Source: Vicugna vicugna (taxonomy: Eukaryota). From it: a stretch of 64,000 bases of DNA. Positions 26,701-37,926 of the stretch are shown one piece after another. The position numbers and the translations under genes were made by a program. The notes beneath the pieces are model-generated. The model did not search any database, was not told the origin of the DNA, and was given only the letters and a program-made list of their open reading frames with translations. Position 1 is the stretch's first letter; every line of letters starts with the position of its first letter. The stretch is from positions 12,197,009-12,261,008 of the forward strand of contig MU058781.1 of the NCBI GenBank assembly GCA_013265495.1, read 5' to 3'.

Positions 26701-29700
26701 CCTTGGACAACGGGTGAGCTAGAACATTTTCTTCCTATGTCGATGGCTAAGAATCGAGAGGACAAGGGGAAAAACACAGTGCTTCTTAAGGTCTAGGCTC
26801 TGAACTCCTCCATGTCATTGGCAAAAGTAAGTTTCACGGCAGAAGCCAAAGTCAATGGCAAGGAAGTATCCTCCACCTATGATAGATCTATGAAGGGATA
26901 GATGCAGGGAGGAGCGGAGTATTGGGGCCATTCTATCAACCACAGGAAACATCTCAGGGCAGAGTCAAACTGGTAGAACTCCAATCCTGTGCTAAGTAGA
27001 TCTTTCCCTAGGTGGAACTGGCTGTGCCTGTTCTTTTCTCTGGATTCTTCTCATTTATGACGACCCCGTGAATCATCCATTTATCAGCACTAGTGAGAAG
27101 GAATACATCATCTTTTCACTGGCTCAAGAGGTAAACTGGAGAACTCCTCTGCCATTTCCCTATGTCTGTCTGGATGCCTCAGAGGTGAAGAGTGCAGTAT
27201 AGAAAGCTCTTGTCTTCAGATGGAGGCGATATTGATATGTGCTTTCTTCCAGGATTCTCCACCAGGCTGGTCTCTTCCTATTAAGGATATGCTCAAATCC
27301 CTACCACTTTGGAGCATTCTTATCTTTCATTTCACTGATTACTGGCACTTTTTTCTCATAACGATGTACACACCAATATACATCAACTCTGTACTTCAAG
27401 CTAACATCAGAGATGTAAGTATAGAGAAAACTCATTCTGTTCTCCTGTTGCTTCATATATAACCCTTTCTCTCTCCTATGGTCACCAGGGATTAGGCCCA
27501 GCATCTTTATGTAGGAAACACAACCTGATTTACTTGAGTTCTGATTCACCTCAATGTATCCTACTGCTTATTGGGGCAGAGTGGTATGGCTTTAGGTCAA
27601 CTTGATTTTCATAGAATGTCATATGTTTTAAGGGACCTATAAGAACATCTTATGGTTTACTCATCTATAAAATAAACAGCTTGGACCAAGTGACAGTGAG
27701 ATCCTTTATACTGTTCGGATTATACACAACAAAGGATGGTCTCCTTTCCTTGCATTTTTTTAAATAGCATTTTAGTTTTGGAGTTGAATTGATAACAGGA
27801 ATCAACACTTTACAAACTATATAAAAAGGTAAAGAGTGAAAAATCTTACTCTCATTCCTGTCCTTAATCCGCCGTTTTCTCAGTCCATTCCACAGATAAA
27901 TTTTTTCATTAATTTCTTATTATTCTTCCATTGTTTCTTTATGATAATACAAGTATACATGAACATATATTCTTATTATATTCTTTATTCATTTTTTACA
28001 CAAAACATTATATACTGTATATGTTGGTATTTTTTATATGCTGTACAATAGGGATTTTTTCCTTTCAGTACGTGAGAAACTTGTTAAGCAACACTTGGGT
28101 TGTTTCCAATCATTCAGCAGTGCTGCAGTGAGAACCTTGTTCATTTGTCATACATTTGCACAACTATTTCTGTAAATTTCTATATATCTGAGTCAGGGAT
28201 AAAAGCAATATATAAATTTATATATATATTTATTGAAGTATAGTTAATGTACAATATTACATTAGTTTCAGGGGTACAACATAGTGATTCAGTATTTTTA
28301 AAGTTATTGTAAAATATTGGTTATATTCCTTGTGTTGTACAATATATACTTGTAGCTTATTTGTTTTATACATAGTGCCTCTTAATTTTCTGCCCCTATC
28401 TTGCCCCCTCTTTTTCCTCTCCCCACTGGTTACTGCTACTTTGTTCTCTATATCTGTGAATCTGTTTCTGTTTTGTTATATTCATTCATTTGTTTTACTT
28501 TTTAGATTTCATATATATGTGATAACATACATTATCTTTCTCTGACTGACTTATTTCACTAAGCATAATACCCTCTAGGTCCATCTATATTGTTGCAAAT
28601 GGCAAAATTTCATTCTTTTTTGTGGCTGAGATTAATATTCCACTGTAAATACATATACAACTTCTATACATTCACCTGCTGATGGACACAGGTTGCTTCC
28701 ATATCTTGGTTATTGTGAATAATGCAGCTATAAACATTGGGGTGAATGTATCTTTTCCAATTAGTGTTTTCATTTGCTTCGGATATACTGTTGAATTTCG
28801 TTTGCTAACATTTTGGTGAGAATATTTGCTTCTGTGTTCATCAGAGATATTGGCCTATAATTTTCTTTTTTTTGTAGTGCCTTTGTCTGGTGTTGGTATC
28901 AGGGTAATAGTGGCCTCATGGAATGAAATTGAGATGTTACCTCCTCTTCAATTTTCTTGGAATAGTTTGAGAAAGATAGGTATTAGCCCCTCGTTATATG
29001 TTTGGTAGAATTCTCCTGTGAAGCTGTTCGGTCCTAGACTTTTGTTACTGGGAGTTTATTTTTTTTTATTACAAATTCAATTTCGCTACCAGTGATTGGT
29101 CTGTTCTGATTGTCTATTCCTGGTTAAATCCATGTATGTTTCTAAAATGTGTCTATTTCTTCTAGGTTGTCCAATTTATTGGCATATAACTGTTCACAGT
29201 ATTCTCATATGATTTTTTTTGTATCTCTGAGGTATTGGGTGTTATTTTTCCTCTTTCATTTCTTATTTTGTTTGTTTGGGTCCTCTCTCTTTTCTTCTTA
29301 CTGAGCTTAGCTCAATGTTTGTCAATTATGTTTATCCTTTCTTGATTTCACTGATCTTTTATATTGTTTTTCTGTTTTATTTTTGGTCTCTTTTATTTCC
29401 TTTCTGATCTTCAGTATTTCCTTCCTTCTGCTGACTCTGGGCTTTGTTCTTTTTCTAATTCCTTTAGGTAGTAGGTTAGGTATTTTATTTGAGCTTTCTC
29501 TTGTTTCTTGAGGAAGGCCTGTATTGCTATAAACTTTGTTCTTAGAACTGCTTTTGTTGCATCCCATAGATTTTGGAGTGCTGTGTTTCCAGTTGCATTT
29601 GTCTCAAGGTATTTTTGATTTCCTCTTTGATTTCTTCATTAACCTATTGGTTTTTTTTATTAGCAGCATGTTCTTTAGTGTCCACATGTTTGTGTTTTTC

Positions 29701-30537
29701 CTATTTTTCTTCCTGTAATTGATTTCTAGTTTCATACCACTGTGGTCAGAAAAAAATGCTTGATATAATTTCTATCCTCTTAAGTTTGTTAAAACTTGCT
29801 TTGTAGCCTGGCATGTGATTCATCCTGGAGAACATTTTATGTGCACTTGAAAAGAATATGTATTCTGCTGCTTTTGAATGGAATGTCCTGTAAGTTCAAC
29901 TGGTCTATTGTGTCATTTAAGACCATTGTTTCCTTCTTGATTTTCTGTCTGAATGATCTGTCCATTGATGTAAGGGAAGTGTTAAAGTCCCCTATTATTA
30001 TTGTACTATTGTCAATTTCTCTCTTTATGTCTTAGTATTTGCTTAATATATTTAGGCCCGCTTATATTAGGTGCATGTGTGTTAAAGAGTGTTATATCTT
30101 TTTGTATTGATCCTTTATCATTATATAATGCCCTTCTTTGTCTTTTATTATAGACTTTGTTTTAAAGTCTGTTTTGTTTCATATGAGTATTGCTACCTCT
30201 GCTTTTTTGTCATTTCCATTTGTAAGAAATATCTTCCTATCCTCTCACTTTCAATCTGTATACATCTTTAGCTCTGAAGTGATTCTTTGTAAGCAGCATA
30301 TAGATAGGGCTTGTTTTTTATTCTAGTTAGCCACTCTGTGTCTTTTGATTGGAGCATTCAGTCCATTGACATTTAAAGTGATTACTGATAGGTATGTACT
30401 TACTGCCATTTTGTTACTTTTTTTTACTGGTTGTTTTAAATAGTTCTTCTCTGTTCTTTTTCTTTTAGTTTATTCCCTTGTGATTTGATGATTTTTTTTT
30501 TTTTTTTTTTGGTTTGTTTGTTTTTTTTTCTTTTTTT

Positions 30538-30577
<40 letters not shown>

Positions 30578-33500
30578 TATCTATTGTAGGTTTCTGATTT
30601 GTGGTACCATGAGGTTCCTGTATGTTTACCTATATCTGCTTGTTTTAAACTGGTAGTCATTTAACTGAAACGTGTTCTAAAATATCCACATTTTTACTCC
30701 CCTCCTCTGTATTTTGTGTTTTTGATGTCATATTTTACATCTTCATGTTTATCCCTTTACTGTTTATTTACAGTTGATTTTACAATTTGTGGTCTTTTAA
30801 TCTTCATGCTAGCCTATGTAAGTGAATGATCCACAGGCTTTACTATCTATTTTCCTTTACTAGTAGGATTTCCTTTCCCATAGAGTCTTTCTTCTTGTTG
30901 TAGCCTTTTCTTTTCCACTGTGAGAAGATTCTTTAAAATTTTTAGGGTGTAGATTTAGTATTGATTAACTTTTTTAGTTTTTTGCTTGTCTGAGAAGTTC
31001 TTTATCTCTCCTTCAATTCTAAATGATAATCTTGCTGAGTAGAGCATCCTAGGTTGCAGGTTTTCCTCTTTCAGTGCTCTAAATATATCATGCCACTCCC
31101 TGCTGGTCTGCAGTTTCCACAGAATAATCAGCTGATAGTCTTAGGGAGGCTCCCTTATATGTGACTGTTTTTCTCTTGCTGCCTTTATAATGCTCTTTAA
31201 CTTTCACTGTTTTAATTGTGATACGTCTTTGTGTGAGTCTGGGTTCATCTTGTTTGGGACCCTCTGTGCTTCCTGTACCTGGATATCTGCCTCCTTCTTC
31301 ATATTTGGCAACTTTTTTAGCCATAGTTTTATCAAATACATTTTTGACCCTTTTATCTCTCTCTTTTCCTTTTGGGACTCCTATGGTGGGAATCCTGGTT
31401 TGCTTAATGTTATCCTAGAGATCTCTTAAACTCATCTCATTTAAAAAATTTGTTTTTCTTTTTGCAGCTCTGATTGAATGATTTCCATTATTTTCTCTTC
31501 CAGATTACATATGCATTCTTCTGTATCACTTAGCCTGCTATTCCTTTCAATGTGTTTTTCATTTCAGTTATTGTATTTCTCAGTTCTGGCTGATTCTTTT
31601 TAATATTTTCTACTTCCTTGTAAAATTCTGTGTTCATCTATTCATTTCTTTAATTCAGTTAGCATTCTTATTAATACTTTGAACTCTTATCTGGTACATT
31701 ATTTCTCTTTCATTAGTTGTTTTTTTCAGGGGTTTTCTCTTGTTCTTTCATTTGAATTAAATTCTTCTGTCTCCTCATTTTGCTTAACTGTCTCTGTCTC
31801 TATGAAATTAGGTGAAACAGTTACCTATCCTGATCTTGGAGGGGCATCCTTGTGTGGAAGAATACCTATAGAGTCTGCATGGGCCCAGCATCTTTGGTAG
31901 GAGAGCTGGATCTGGTGTGAGCATGAGTTACTCTTCCCCCAGGGTGTGCTGACAGCTATCACTGGGGTAGGAGGTAGGGCTGGAGGCAGAAGGGTCAGAG
32001 CAAGAGCCAGTTGTGAACCAGGGCTTCTCTTTGGTTTGGTGGCCAACACCACACTATTCAGGTAAAGTGGGTCCCAAATTGCTGTCACTTATTATTCTTT
32101 TGCTGTAAACTGTCCATTCATATCCTATTTTTCTGCTGGGTTTTGTTCTTTTCAATATCGATTTCCACATGATCTTTATATATGAAGACAGTGTTAGTCT
32201 ATTTTTTTTCCACCTGAACTGTAGGCATATTTTTCCTCAGGCACTAAAATTATATTGGCTCATTCCAGTAACTGGAATTTATATTAAAGGTGATGTGTAT
32301 AAAAGAAACGCTATAGATGTAGACAGTCAATCCAGGGATCAATCTGTGTCATGGTGGGGTTAGTGAGGCATGTACCTCACCTCAATTCTCATTCTCAGAG
32401 TGGGATCCTGTCAGCACTGCCCTTTGCTTCTGCCTCTATCTTCATTGTCCTTGAAGGTCTATTGGCAGACTTTCTCCTCTCCAGAAAGATCCTCAAACTC
32501 ATTACCATCAGGAAACTCTTCACCACCATAGGTAAGAACCAAGGTGGATACAGGGGTGGATATGGGGTGCACAGGGCAGCTTCCTATTCACTCTGTGTTT
32601 GTCCTCCTGCCCCAGGGGTTCTCTTTCCAGCTGCACTCTCTGTGTCCCTTTTTTGGGTCAGATCCAGCTTCAGCACCACTATGGTCTTCTTGATGCTGTC
32701 TTCTGTCATCAAAAGCCTCATCCAATCAGGAGCCTTTGTCAACTTCTTGGATATCGCTCCTCGGTAGGGATCCCTTTACCTAATCCTCACAGAAGCTCAG
32801 TTCAGGTCCAGCATCCCTAAACCTGCTCTGACATATGGATAAAATGTGAGTGATATATACAATGGGTCACAGGAAATGTTACTACCAGCCCTACATCCAA
32901 ATAATTCCTGGAAGGGACCCAAAGCTAGCCAACCACTGTAAGCTTAGTTTTTCCAGATGAAAATAGGAGTCAGTGGCCACACTCACAATTCAGCCAGGGG
33001 AGAGTCACACCAATCTATGTTGGGGAATGCAGCAGTTACACAGGGCTGGGTCACCGAAAAGACTCATGAAACTTCACAGGGCATTCTCATGTAAGGCTTT
33101 AATAGAGGTAAAGGATACAGGATAGCAGGAGAAAAATTTACCTCTGATATAGACAAATATCAGAGATGACTAAGACTTCCAAATGTAGCTCCCAGGGACT
33201 GTCCACAGACTGTTCGTAGTCAATAGGACATATTTCATCTTCAGATAATGAACCACCAAGTTACATGCGAGATACTTTGGTCTCAGGGAAGCCAATGTTT
33301 CATCCAAAGAGGAGACTTTTATACCTAAAAACAAGGCTGAAAGATCCGGCTCTAGAGCAGAAGCCAAAAGAACATACAAACTAGGTGCCAACCACCAGTC
33401 TGTATATTTTTTATAAAGAATGTTGACAAGTTAATGTAGGTTGCCCCTTAGAAGTCCTAGAGAACTGCACTGGATTATATTAATCACTAGTCAGTACATT

Positions 33501-35262
33501 TCACTCAGGGTTGACCAAGGGTCAGCACACCTCCAGGAATCTTTAGAGATAAGCAAAGAGTTGCAAAGATCAGCTGAGATTAAACACTTGCTTACACAGG
33601 AATATTTTTTTTCTCTCACTTTCTCTCTCCCTCCAGGTACAGTGCTTTACTCAGGGGACTAACACAAATATTTTCGTACATGGCAGGAGCCATCTCTCCC
33701 ACTGTTGCTGGATTTCTCATTGAGCAGGTAAGGTCAAATTTCTGATGCGTATGATAGTCACAAGAATTACCTAGAAAGGTCATCTCTCATTCTTACCCTA
33801 GGTTCAACTTGTGCAGAGAAATTATCACATGCTTAGGATGTGGAGTGAGGGAGAATGGTCAATTGTATGAGTTTATGCTTTATGAGCTCTTAGAAGATGA
33901 ATTTCTCATGCTAATCATCAAATTTTCTAGCAATATTCATGGTATTTCTTACATAGAATGGCCAACCATTTTGGTTTACCTGGGACTGAGGGTTTTTCCT
34001 GGGATGTGGGACTTTCAATCTTAAAATGCTGAAAATTCCAGGCAATTCAGAAAGAGTTGGTCACCCTATGTAGCAACCCAACAAATATTTACAGAACCAA
34101 TGAGCGAGACGCTAAGCTTATGACAGAGTGAAGAAGCAGCCTGCACCTTACATATATGCTCATCAGTGGTTAGTGCAGAAATTTCTCTAACCAGTATTGC
34201 TTGCATTGCATACTGTTTTTATATTCCTACAGCCTTCCAACCTGGGATAAACATTTAAAGTTGTCATAATAAACAAATTCATCTGATAACTCGAGCATTT
34301 CCTAAGAATCATACTGATACAGACTTTACATGAAGAAAGATGTATATGACATTCACCTGGGACTCATTCTTTCAATTTCCTGTGGTTTCCCCCAGCAAGT
34401 CAGGAAAATGAATGGAAAGTAACACAGAAAGGGTATTCTTTTTGATATCAAGTCCTTTCTTTCTTTCTTTCTTTCTTTTTTTTTTTTTTTGAAGCTTCAG
34501 TTCTCTTCTGGCCACTGACTAACACACTGTCAGGAAATGACTGTTTAAAATGGATATTCTCAACCTGCCCTTGTTTCCCTCATCACTCACTCACTCACTC
34601 ACTCATCTCTTCATTCAGTCAACAAATACGCACTGAACATTAGCATGTGCCATGCACCATTTAAGTGAATAAAACAAAAATCCCTGTCCTTGTAAAGTCG
34701 ATATTGTAGGAAAGGAACTGACAGAAAGTTAATGAACTAAACAAAAACATGGTACATTGAATGATGGTTAAGGGCTAAGAGAAGAATAAAGCAGGAGAGG
34801 AGAACGGGGCACATAAGAGGGGGCGGGAGTTCCATTTTAAGTAGGGTGGTCAAGGAAGGGCTTATTGAAAAAGTAACATTAAGCAAGGACAGGAAGCAAG
34901 CAAATGGGCAAGACAAATGGCTATCAAGGGAGTAAGAACATGCCAACAGAGGGGAAGGCCAGGGCACCAGAAATTTACCTGTATATTCCAGAAACAACCA
35001 GAGACATAATACGGGCAGAATTGGGGGTGGGGGCAGTAGGACATAGTGCCGAGCCTTTCTGAACCAGGAAGAACGAGAACTAGGAGACTGTTAATAACTT
35101 GTAGTTTCCTACTTCCAGGATTCAGAGTTTGGCTGGAGAAATGTCTTCTTGCTTGCAGCTGTTGTGGGCATATCAGGCCTGGTTTTCTACCTCATCTTTG
35201 CCCAAGCAGAGGTGCAGGACTGGGCTAAAAGAAGGCATTCACCCACTTGTGAGCAAATCTAG
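20626..35262 (+). CDS. SLC17A4: SLC17A4 (NPT5/NPT homologue, MFS anion:cation symporter family); complete 11-exon CDS, 1503 nt, 500 aa
   Basis: join(20626-20716,23369-23574,24154-24387,24469-24556,24994-25080,27012-27130,27253-27414,32399-32531,32616-32763,33637-33727,35119-35262). All introns are GT-AG, phases are consistent and there is no internal stop. The translation (MSTTVE...[12 protein letters not shown]...[14 protein letters not shown]...[10 protein letters not shown]...LDIAPRY...[10 protein letters not shown]...QDWAK) matches SLC17A4. Confidence 0.95.
21620..21895 (+). mobile_element. MIR SINE
   Basis: AGCTGTGTGACCTTAGGCAAAT...CTCAGTTTCC...TTAGAACAATGCCTGGCACATAGTAA. Contains an internal 19-bp tandem duplication. 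Confidence 0.85.
23369..23574 (+). CDS. SLC17A4: SLC17A4 coding exon 2 (GFCSVRHG...EEFKVV)
   Basis: TTTCAG| acceptor, |GTAAGT donor, 206 nt. Confidence 0.95.
24154..24387 (+). CDS. SLC17A4: SLC17A4 coding exon 3 (AAMYDWSPE...IQGLVQ)
   Basis: CTAG| acceptor, |GTACCA donor, 234 nt. Confidence 0.95.
24469..24556 (+). CDS. SLC17A4: SLC17A4 coding exon 4 ([30 protein letters not shown])
   Basis: TTCCAG| acceptor, |GTAACT donor, 88 nt. Confidence 0.95.
24994..25080 (+). CDS. SLC17A4: SLC17A4 coding exon 5 (GSVLGCF...[10 protein letters not shown])
   Basis: TTTAG| acceptor, |GTGAGT donor, 87 nt. Confidence 0.95.
26575..26945 (-). mobile_element. MLT1-type MaLR LTR
   Basis: CCCCAAACTCAGTGATTTAAAACAATAA...TTAAGGTCTAGGCTCTGAAC...CATTGGCAAAAGTAAGT motifs. 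Confidence 0.6.
27012..27130 (+). CDS. SLC17A4: SLC17A4 coding exon 6 (GGTGCAC...[11 protein letters not shown]...LAQE)
   Basis: CCTAG| acceptor, |GTAAAC donor, 119 nt. Confidence 0.95.
27253..27414 (+). CDS. SLC17A4: SLC17A4 coding exon 7 ([11 protein letters not shown]...ANIRD)
   Basis: TTCCAG| acceptor, |GTAAGT donor, 162 nt. Confidence 0.95.
28228..32085 (-). mobile_element. L1 in SLC17A4 intron: 3' UTR, internally deleted ORF2, ORF1 and 5' region
   Basis: 3' end TTTATTGAAGTATAGTT; a jump to upstream ORF2 at about 28789; ORF1-like peptide [17 protein letters not shown] in ORF 31088-31324. Confidence 0.88.
30492..30576. repeat. About 85-nt T-rich low-complexity tract inside the L1
   Basis: Read directly. 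Confidence 0.9.
32399..32531 (+). CDS. SLC17A4: SLC17A4 coding exon 8 (SGILSALPF...IRKLFTTI/G)
   Basis: CTCAG| acceptor, |GTAAGA donor, 133 nt. Confidence 0.95.
32616..32763 (+). CDS. SLC17A4: SLC17A4 coding exon 9 (GVLFPA...FLDIAP/R)
   Basis: CCCCAG| acceptor, |GTAGGG donor, 148 nt. Confidence 0.95.
32877..33598 (-). mobile_element. Solo LTR (ERVL/MER21-group-like) filling most of an SLC17A4 intron
   Basis: TG...CA ends with near-perfect 5-bp flanks GGAAA / GGAAT and an ATTAAA on the minus strand. Family uncertain. Confidence 0.5.
33637..33727 (+). CDS. SLC17A4: SLC17A4 coding exon 10 (YSALLRG...GFLIEQ)
   Basis: CTCCAG| acceptor, |GTAAGG donor, 91 nt. Confidence 0.95.
33954..34068. mobile_element. 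MER81 (hAT-Blackjack) MITE
   Basis: 115 bp; TAGAATGGCCAACC...GAGTTGGTCACCCTA inverted ends; internal GGGACTGAGGG...GGGACTTTCA. Confidence 0.8.
34600..35030 (-). mobile_element. L2 3' fragment
   Basis: CATTCAGTCAACAAATA...AAAACAAAAATCCCTGTCCT...GGGTGGTCAAGGAAGG. Confidence 0.75.
35119..35262 (+). CDS. SLC17A4: SLC17A4 last coding exon ([10 protein letters not shown]...[15 protein letters not shown])
   Basis: TTCCAG| acceptor; in-frame TAG at 35260-35262. The ancestral-type TGA at 35250-35252 is out of frame by 1 nt. Confidence 0.9.
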   Translation, partial: DSEFGWRNVFLLAAVVGISGLVFYLIFAQAEVQDWAKRRHSPTCEQI

Positions 35263-35521
35263 TGATGCCCCAGACACCAGCGCTTAGGTGTTCACTCTTT
35301 GCTCTTGTGGACATTCCCCTTTCATGCCTGCTTAAATAATGAGCCTTTCAACTTGAATTGACTTTGTTTCCACTATCTTCTCAGAGGCCTTGGCTATGTC
35401 ATACTGAATGTTCTGCCTGGAGCGTTTATGGGGGATGGGGAGAGGAAGGCTAATTATTTGACTGTGAGCTCCTGAAAGCATAAGTGTGTCTGAATTTCTG
35501 TGTGTTCTCTACTCTTTTCAC

Positions 35522-36380
35522 TGTTATTATGACATAAGAAGAAATATATATTTGGTCTATATCCCCAGTTTCTGGCACAGAGCTCCTAAAACCTCTGTAA
35601 TTTCCTGAGTGACAGGGATGATAGGAGCATCTTTTGTTAAAATATTTGGTCTTAGTCCCTTGCTCCTGACAGAAGAGCTTCTAAGATCCTTGGAATCTCT
35701 GAAGGAATGAAAGTGTCTTTTTGGTATACTAGGACATGACTGGCGGCTGGGGGCTCTAGGGAGCTTCAGGATGGGGGATGGCTGCCAAAAAGACCAAGGT
35801 GTGATTAGAAGGCTGGAACTTTCAGCTCCATCATCCCACGTCCAGGGAGCAGAAACAGGCTAGAGATTTAGTTGTTCCTCAATGGCCAATGACTTAATCA
35901 ATTATGCCTACACAATAAAACCTCTGCCCTAAACAGTGAGGTTCTGAGAACTTCTGGGTTGATGAGTGCATGGAGGGGCTGGGAGAGTGGTGCCCCTAGA
36001 GAGGGCATGGAAGCCCTGCCTCTCTTCCCACATGGCTTGCCCTGTGCATCTCTTCCATTTGGCAGTTCCTGGGTTGCACTCTTTCCTATGCAAACTGGTA
36101 ATAGTAGGGTAAGTTTTCTTGAGTTCTGAGTCATTCTAGCAAATTATCAAACCTGATGAGGGGGTTATAGGAAACCCCAATTCTGAGGCTAAATCAAACA
36201 GAAGTATGGGTACCTTGGGCACCCACTACTTTGATTGGTGTCTGGGTAATTACTGTCAGAATTGAATTAAACTGTAGGACAGCCAGTCGGGGTCCACAGA
36301 GAACTGGAGAACAGCTTGGTGTGGAGAACCCATACATCTGGTGTCAGAAGTATTGTGAGCAGAGAGACAATTTTCCTTCA
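35522..36380 (+). mobile_element. MER21-type LTR downstream of the SLC17A4 stop
   Basis: TTCTGGCACAGAGCTCCTAAAACC...GGAACTTTCAGC...CCCTGTGCATCTCTTCCATTTGGC...CATCTGGTGTCAGAAGT. Confidence 0.8.
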
Positions 36381-37173
36381 ATTATTCTGATAAAAGCATC
36401 AGAGGCTGGAGGGCAGTTTCTCACCAGAGAAAAAGAGGAAGCCAGAATCATGCAAGTAAAAACTTACATCTTGGTAAACAGACATTGTCCAGTTTCTCCG
36501 TCACCCCTCAAACATTTGTTCATGCTGCCACTCCCATCTCAGATGCCCTTCCTTTCTTCCTCTATTAGAATCTCACCTGCCTTCAGTGGCTCTCATTCAG
36601 CATTCATTTTGTTAACCTAACATGTCTTCCAAAAATGCATGTGAGACCTATGCTGACTTGACCCCATTTCAAATGTCTGGAGAGTGTATGGTGTATCTGC
36701 TTTCATTAAGCTCCCATGTGAGCAGCATGAGGGCCATGAAAAGGAGCAAAAACACTGAGCAGTAAATAAACATTAATGAACATATAGCATGGGGCATGGC
36801 AGAGACTAAAGCCAGACATAGCTTTAGGGAGCTCAGCATCTCAGGAGGGTGGATGACTTTTAATCAAAGTGCCACACAAATGAACATGCAGTGGCTATGG
36901 AATGAAATAATGAGGACACCAGGCTATGAGTGTGAATGATAAGGGCATATGCACGAGTCTGAGGGTGATGGAGGGCCCCGACTATGAAGTTTCAATAAGC
37001 TGAAATCTGAAGGGTGATAGTTAACTAATGCAGGAAATGGATGAAAAGAACATTCTAAGAAGAGGGCACAGAGTAAGCAAAGGTTTGGTGGCAAGAGGGA
37101 GCAATCAAGTATGACCAGAGTACGGAGATTAAGGGAAGCCTGGTTTGTGAGGAGGCTGTGGAAGTATGTAGAG

Positions 37174-37709
37174 TAGTGGCGTTCAGGACACGCCACCCCT
37201 AAATATGGCACTTTGGAATATTTAGAGATCTTAAGCCAAAGGAGTTTTTGAAAAACAGCAGAAGCAGGAAGGCCCCACTGATCTCTGTCCCTGGTCACAA
37301 AACTCCGATGTGAAAGATGCCCTCCTTTGTACCAGAAGGAAGGAAGACAGTCTTATCACCAGAGTCACGGAACTGGGGGCCAAGAAATCTGTACAAAGAA
37401 AACTTGTTAAACTAAACTTTTTCTTTTTACTCATTTCTTTACTACTTCCTACCCCTAGCCCAAACCCCTTTTTCTTATCAATTCTTCACAAATTTATTGT
37501 TTCTTTGTCTACAAGATATAAACGCTTCCTGCTCTGGTCAATTCTTCAGGTCTTCATTTTCTTGTGAAAACTCCCTTATACATGTAAAAATTCAATAAAA
37601 GTTATATGCTTTTCCTCCTGTTAATCTGTCTTTTTTTTTTTGTCACTTTAATTTTCAGATCCAACCAGAGACCCTAAGAGGAACAGGCAAAACTTTTTCC
37701 TTCCCTATA
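37174..37709 (+). mobile_element. MER34-like ERV1 solo LTR
   Basis: GTTCAGGACACGCCACCCCTAAATATGGCACTTTGG...CAATAAAA...TTTTCCTTCCCTATA, with 4-bp TSD AGAG (37170-37173 / 37710-37713). Confidence 0.8.
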
Positions 37710-37926
37710 AGAGCACACAGAGCACTGTGGGACTGGAGAGGTGTATTGATCTTTATCTGGAAATCAGTAGAAGATGTAAGGAATTCACTAGAAGAACTAT
37801 TGGAACTAATAAATGAGCTTAGCAAGGTTTCAGGATACAAGATCAATATAAATAAGTCATATTTCTATATATTTGCAATGAATAATTCAAAAATCAAACT
37901 AATTTCATTTAAAGTTGCATTAAAAA

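Noticed and set aside
30436..30660. Poly-lysine ORF
   Set aside because: Translation artefact of the T-rich tract inside an L1.
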